Assembly (NCBI GenBank): GCA_026770705.1
Contig: JANJGN010000033.1
Coordinates: 9,310,805-9,364,000 of the forward strand
Source: Isurus oxyrinchus
Taxonomy: Eukaryota
DNA length: 53,196 nucleotides
Reading direction: 5' to 3'
Shown: piece by piece, positions 47,083 to 53,196 of the stretch
Position numbering within the stretch: position 1 is the first letter of the stretch
Layout: the number at the start of each line of letters is the position of its first letter
Translations under genes and position numbers: made by a program
Notes under the pieces: model-generated
Databases searched by the model: none
Told to the model about the DNA's origin: nothing
Seen by the model: only the letters and a program-made list of their open reading frames with translations

Positions 47083-50000
47083 CCATCAGCCTGAGCCTCC
47101 AGTCAAGTCCTGAGGAAACCTCAGAAGTGGAATCTGGAGGCAGCCCCTCTGAACTCCCATCACAGCGCTCCCGCACACCCTCTACCAGCGCAGAGACACT
47201 CACCTCAGTAAGACCTAGATTTAGAGTTGCCTCAGAGTCACAAGCAGCTGAACACATCGCACTTTCTGATCCACAGCAGGTGGAGGCAGGGACTTCCCAG
47301 TTCCCCGGAACTCGCAGGACTGCTGGAGGCCAGAACGTTGCTGCGTCCAAGTCAGATGATGAGCCTCTGGTCTCAGTCATTGCACTGTCGCTGGAGCTGC
47401 ACAGACAAGCTGGGGAACATCAGGAAGGGATGTCTGCTGCACTCCTCAGATTGCAAGGCACGATGGAGGAGTCTCCGTCTTCAGTCTGAGGTGATAGCGC
47501 CGGCATTGCCAACGCAGCGAGGTCAACACTGGCAGGGTGGCAGCCACCATGGAGACCTTGGTCCAGGACATCACTCCTGCCCTGCTGCGTGGGCTGAACT
47601 CCATCACTGATACCATTGTTGGCCTCCAAAAGTGTGTATGTGAGAGGGGTGCTGGGCAGCTCGGTCTCACTCCAACCACCCCTGCTCCACATGGAGTCAG
47701 ACTGGGGCACTCAGGCACCCATAGGGAGGAGGATCAGCAGCTGTACACTCCGAGCCCACCCACCCAGGGGTCTCCGGTAGTGTCCGGCCCATCAACCGCC
47801 TATTCCTGTTACCTCCGTAGCTCCAGCTCCACAGGCCAAGGAGGGAGTCACTGCCACACAGCAGGACCTCGAAAGCAGGCCGGGGCCCTCCAAGTCTCAG
47901 CCCTCCAGAGGACTCCCGCCAGGGTCATTACAGACAGGGCTTCACAGTCAGCAGGCTGTCTCCACCTCCACTGTGGATGTCTGGGGAGCACCAAGACGTA
48001 GTGGCAGGATTAGGAAGGTTAAGGGGAATTAGTTACACAGCCTGGACACTGTTGATCACTTGTACATAATGTTCACTATTGTCAATAAACTCCCAAGAAT
48101 GTCTCCCTGCCTGTGGCACCTTGTTCTGATGAGCAGTGTTCTTGTCACTCAGATGTGAAACCTTTCTGCACAAGATAAAGGCAGGTGTCTCTGTCCAGGG
48201 CCTCTTTCCTGTGTCTGTGCAGCCTTCAGACCACAGTGATGGTCCAGCCTCACACTCCCTGGAAACATTACTGATGCCTGCACCTCGGTGGTGCTGGTCA
48301 TTGCTGCCAGAATGTAGTGAGCAGGGCCACAGAGTTCTCCCATTCTCTCAATGTGCTCTCAGTGTCTGTAAAGTGAGGCTGGCCCCATCTCTTCAGTATC
48401 TGTGACCACTGATGCTGTTCCCCAGCTCCTGAAGGGCTCAGGTGCTGAAGGTGGACAAAGCATCAGATACTTCTAAAGTTTCATGGCTGTGTCTCTATGA
48501 TATGACCCTGATCATGGAACGCAAGCGAGCTGCCTTCGGCTAGACAGGAGTCAGACATTCTCAGAGACCATATGAAGATCTATGGAGTGTCCTCACTGCA
48601 GCATCATCTCCCTGTGATTGAGCGACTATTAGGGCCTCCACTGCATCTTCATGACAGGAGCATTCTCACAAATGTCTGCGGCCACTTTACTGGACTGCGG
48701 AGCAGTTGGACTTCATCAACTTCAAGAGTATCCACTCGCTGAACGTGTAGCTGGTGTGGGACCAACAGAAACACATCCTGCAGAAATGCACATGCTTTCC
48801 AGGGAATGAATGACTTCTACATCCTGAGTCGCTCACATTTGTGCTGCCATAAGCCAGACTGGAGTCAAACGTTCACAACTGGGATGTGAGGGTCTACGGA
48901 GACACTTCACTGCATCTGGTCATCATCCACCTCAAATCTAGCAGCTATGAGGGCCTCCTGAGTGTGCCATCCTCATCTGGCCTCATCCCTGTCATTGTCA
49001 CCTCCATGGACCTCCTCACCCTCAAGTTCCTCATCGGAGTAGACATGCATTTCCTCCAACTCCTCCTCAGCCAGCTCCTCTCCCTGTTGCAGTGCCAGGT
49101 TGTAAAGGGTGCAGCAGACGACAATGTGTGAGACTCTCTGTGGACTGTATTGCAGGGCTCCACCAGACCGGTCCAGGCACCGGAACCTCATCTTCAGCGT
49201 CCCGATGGTCTGCTCCACCAAGTTGTGAGTTGCTGCATGAGCCTCATTATAGCGTCACTCTGCTGCAGTCTGAGGCTGCTGCACGGGTGTCATCAGTCAC
49301 AGTCTCTGTGGGTAACCCTTGTCCCTGAGGAGCCATCCCTGCAGCCTCTGTGGACCCTGGAAGCCTCCAGGGATTTGTGAGCGACTCAGGATGTAGAAGT
49401 CATTCATTCCCTGGAAAGCATGTGCATTCCTGCAGGATGTGTTTCTGTTGGTCCCACACTAGCTACACGTTCAGCGAGTGGAAACTCTTGCGGTTGATGA
49501 AGTCCAACTGCTCCGCAGTCCAGTAAAGTGGCCGCAGACATGCAGCCTGTGTCAGGGTGCTGGGTGGGTAAGGTCTGGAGGGCTTGGTGGCACATTGGTG
49601 CCTCCGCATTGCTTGTGTGGGCGGGCAGGCTAGGAGGCCGACCCGACCATATCACTGTGGCTGTGCCTGACCTGTCCCGGTTGCAGAGGAAAGGTCAGTT
49701 TATACAGGTGTCCCTCCCGTGTGGACAACAGTTGACCCTGGGCGAGCTCTGCAGGATGTTGCTGCTCACTCACCTCCAGTTTGCCCCAGAGTGAAGGCCG
49801 CCAAGTGCACGTGGCCTGTGCGCTGTTGTGAAACACGTTGACGTGCTTTCCCGCCAACGTGGGTGGGTGATCCGGTGGGGAGGGGGGTGTGTGAGAACCT
49901 GCCTTCCTACTGTCGTGAAGCTGATGGCGCCATATTGACCACACACACCACCCATCATGCCAGCTGCCCGCCAGGAAATTCCACCCAAAGCAGCTGATTT

Positions 50001-50120
50001 TTGGGGGCAGAGGCAGTGACTGGGGGCGGGTGTTGATTTTTAACTGGTTCCTGGGCCACCCTCTCTGTATAACTGAATCCCCTCCCACCCCATCAGCCAT
50101 CAGCGTCAGAGATACAACAC
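47083..50120. mobile_element. Degenerate PIF/Harbinger transposon, paralogue of 7604-10700
   Basis: Minus strand gives FINRKSFHSLNV, DKGY and VEQTIGTLKMRFRCLDRSGGALQYSPQRVSHIVVCC; plus strand carries the 3' part of the Myb gene. Confidence 0.85.
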
Positions 50121-51043
50121 CAGCTCACTGCAGTGTTAAACCCATCATTTCCACCCGGTGTCTGTAATGAGCAGCTCCCAGCACCGTCTCCATTTCTGTC
50201 TTTTACTTTGTAAAACCACAGCTCAGTCTATCCTGACAACCATTTCCTGACCTCCCCCATCGATCGCTTCCAGCTCACTCTCCCTCCTCCACACTCCTCA
50301 ACTCATCCTCCAAATCCCTACTGCCCAGTATCCTATCCCACTCTAACTCCTGCTCACCCACCTACACCCTCCGCCCCACATTCTCACTCACCCCCACGGC
50401 CTCTCAGTCCACCAACACCTCCTGTTTAAAATCCTCACCCTGCTCCTTAAATCCTTCCATTGCCTCCACCGCACCCACCCCACCCTTTCACTCGAACCTC
50501 CTCCAGACCTACAACCCTGCAAGATCTCTGCCTCCCCACAGGTCTGGCCTCCTCCAAGTCCAATCTTTCACTCCCTTTGTGCCAACGTTGGAATTTGTGC
50601 TTTTAACTATCTGAATCCCTAGCTCTGCTATTCATTAGCTAAATCTCCCTGCATCTCTTTCCCTTTCTTTCAAGACCGTCCTTAAAATCCATATCTTTGA
50701 CCAATCATTGGGTCTCTCCTCCTAATATCTCCTTTGGCTCTGAGTCCCTTTGATGAAGACACTTCTGGTGAGCACTTTGGGATATTTTCCTTTGTTGAAT
50801 GGGCTTCTCCACCTGTTGTTGTTGTGGTCTCTCCTTAACTCTTCAACCTGGGTGGGCATCACATCAGTGCCAATTGGGTTGACCATCCCTCCGTCAAATG
50901 GAAAGCAAGGAAAAGCTTTGGGAGTTTCCACAAGGCTCTGTGCTTTTGGGAGGGTCTGGGTGGGTGGTGAGGATCTGCAGGGGAGGTTGGTGATGTGGAG
51001 GGTATAAAGCAAGAGCCAGGGAAATCAGATAGGGTTTACTCAC

Positions 51044-51086
51044 CGACGGAGAGGTACAGAAGGATCAGGCAGAGACCAGAGTTCAT
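51044..51086 (-). CDS. Gene 3 proximal leader exon, MNSGLCLILLYLSV
   Basis: 43 bp, ATG, G|GTGAGT. Confidence 0.85.
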
Positions 51087-51936
51087 TGCTGCTCCTCACC
51101 TCACTCTGCGGGTCTGGGAGAGGCTTCGATGTTCACGGAACGATGAGATGGGGCTTTGTTATACACATCTGAGCAGTTAGTTCTGCTTTACAAATTCCTG
51201 TTTCTGTAATCTCACAACCTACTCCAGTTAGGAAATCCCCTCCCCTCATCTGAGGCTGAGGCTGATTATTGTGCCCAGGACCAGCCTGAGTATCGACAGT
51301 GGAACCGGGACACTGGTAAGTGGGGGCAAGATGGGGGTGTTCAGAGAGAGGGGGATCACCGGGGATCAGGGGGCGTGGAGGGGGGCTGTGGGGGTACAAT
51401 GGTGGTAACATTCAGCAGTACACTCTCTTCCTGAGGTCAGGTAGCTAGAGAAGGCACTCGGTGTCTGTGAATGAGGGTTATCCACCCATTCTTCAGCCAG
51501 AAGTGCCGAGTGGATGATCCATCTCAGTCTCCTCCGCAGGTCCCAGCTTCACAGATACCAGTCTTCAGCCAATTTGATTCACCCCACATGATCTCAAGAA
51601 ACAGCTGAAGGCACCGGATGGAGCAGAGGCTATGGCAATAGTACTGAAGACTTGTTTCCCAGAACTAGCCATGCCCCAAGCCAAGTTGTCCGAGTACAGC
51701 TAAAACACGGGCATCGACCCGACAATCTAACATTCACACCACACAAGTGCCAGGCAATGGCCATCTCCAACAAGAGAGAATCGAGCCACATCCACCACAT
51801 TAAAAGTTGACCTTCTGCACCATTGGAGCATCGTAACAGTGACTTCAATAAGATCATGGCTGGCCTGATTATCACCTTAATTATACTTTCATTCCGCATA
51901 TCGTGTGGCTCTCCTCAGGATTAAGCTTGTCGTAGT

Positions 51937-52306
51937 CCCTGGGGGAGACAGGAGTGTCAGTGTGGGAGACCCTGGGGGAGACAGGAGTGTCAGTGTGGGA
52001 GACCCTGGGGAGACAGGAGTGTCAGTGTGGGAGACCCTGGGGAGACAGGAGAGTCAGTGTGGGAGACCCTGGGGGAGTCAGGAGTGTCAGTGTGGGAGAC
52101 CCTGGGGAGACAGGAGTGTCAGTGTGGGAGACCCTGGGGGAGACAGGAGTGTCAGTGTCGGAGACCCTGGGGGAGACAGGAGTGTCAGTGTGGGAGACCC
52201 TGGGGGAGACAGGAGTGTCAGTGTGGGAGACCCTGGGGGAGACAGGAGTGTCAGTGTGGGAGACCCTGGGGGAGACAGAAGTGTCAGTGTGGGAGATCCT
52301 GGGGAG
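51937..52306. repeat. 33-bp minisatellite array (~11 units)
   Basis: Same unit. Confidence 0.95.
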
Positions 52307-52650
52307 AGGCCGCTGAGACAATGCCAATTTGCATCCAATCAGTGGTGGTCGGTATAACTTCAGTAGTTTCCGGGTGTACAGGGCAGAGACAATGTAAATT
52401 CAAAAGGCAGCTGCAAACCTCCAACTGGCTCCACAGTGAAAATAACCTCATTTTCAATCTGTAAGGTGAAAAGCCTTTGCCTGGTGTTTGGTTTAGTCTA
52501 TGGGTTGCTGCTGCCAGAATGGAGATAGCTGTAATCTGTAGCCCTGCTGATATATTTTACCCTGTGTAAATTAATGTAATGTTCGATTAGTTTAACGTAA
52601 AACCTCGAGAACTGAAGGTGTCATTCCTGAATTTAGATTCACATCTCAAA

Positions 52651-53196
52651 CATCTCCTCCTGTCTCACCTCCTCTCATCTTCCCTCCTCTCCCCTCATCA
52701 CTCCTCACTCTGCCCTCCTCTCCCCTCACCTCTCCTCACTCTGCCCTCCTCCCCCTCACCTCTCCTCCCTCTGCTCTCCTCTCCCCTCACCTCTTCTCCC
52801 TCTGCCCTCCTCTCCTCTCACATCACCTCCATCTGCCCTCCTCTCTCCTCACCTCTCCTCCCTCTGCCCTCCTCTCCCCTCACCTCTCCTCCCTCTGCCC
52901 TCCTCTCCCCTCACCTCTCCTCCCTCTGCCCTCCTCTCCCCTCACCTCTCCTCCCTCTGCCCTCCTCTCCCCTCACCTCTTCTCCCTCTGCTCTCCTCTC
53001 CCCTCATCTCTCCTCCCTCTGCCCTCCTCTCCCCTCACCTCTCCTCCCTCTGCCCTCCTCTCCCCTCACCTCTCCACCCTCTGCCCTCCTCTCCCCTCAC
53101 CTCTCCTCCCTCTGCCCTCCTCTATGTTCTCTTCTACACTCCTCTTATCTCCTCTCCTCTTTTCTACTTTCCTCTCTTCTCCTTTCGCCTCATCCT
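52651..53196. repeat. CT-rich ~31-bp tandem repeat
   Basis: Paralogue of 34597-35860. Confidence 0.9.

Overview
Vertebrate genomic DNA, most likely from a cartilaginous fish (shark); this is inferred from the CR1/L2 LINE, SINE, Harbinger and palindromic repeat landscape. The window holds a tandem, segmentally duplicated cluster of three minus-strand, intron-containing genes for single Ig V-set receptors that resemble mammalian PILR/Siglec-type lectins (WRRxxFHG, RIxNLxxxDQxxYFCRV, WQSIxGTxL motifs). Gene 2 is complete: leader, V, stalk/TM and short tail give 212 aa with an Arg in the TM (activating type). Gene 3 has a 1-bp deletion in its stalk/TM exon, giving a soluble form or a form rescued by an alternative acceptor. 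Gene 1 has leader and V exons but no recognisable TM exon in the window. Units 1 and 2 each carry two paralogous leader exons. The V domains show a large excess of replacement changes, and gene 2 looks like a recombinant mosaic. The introns contain a 33-bp minisatellite (each unit is a consensus 3' splice site on the sense strand), a 64-bp minisatellite, CT-rich arrays, Harbinger transposon remnants, CR1/L2 LINEs and LTR pieces. Most long ORFs in the supplied track are repeat artefacts.
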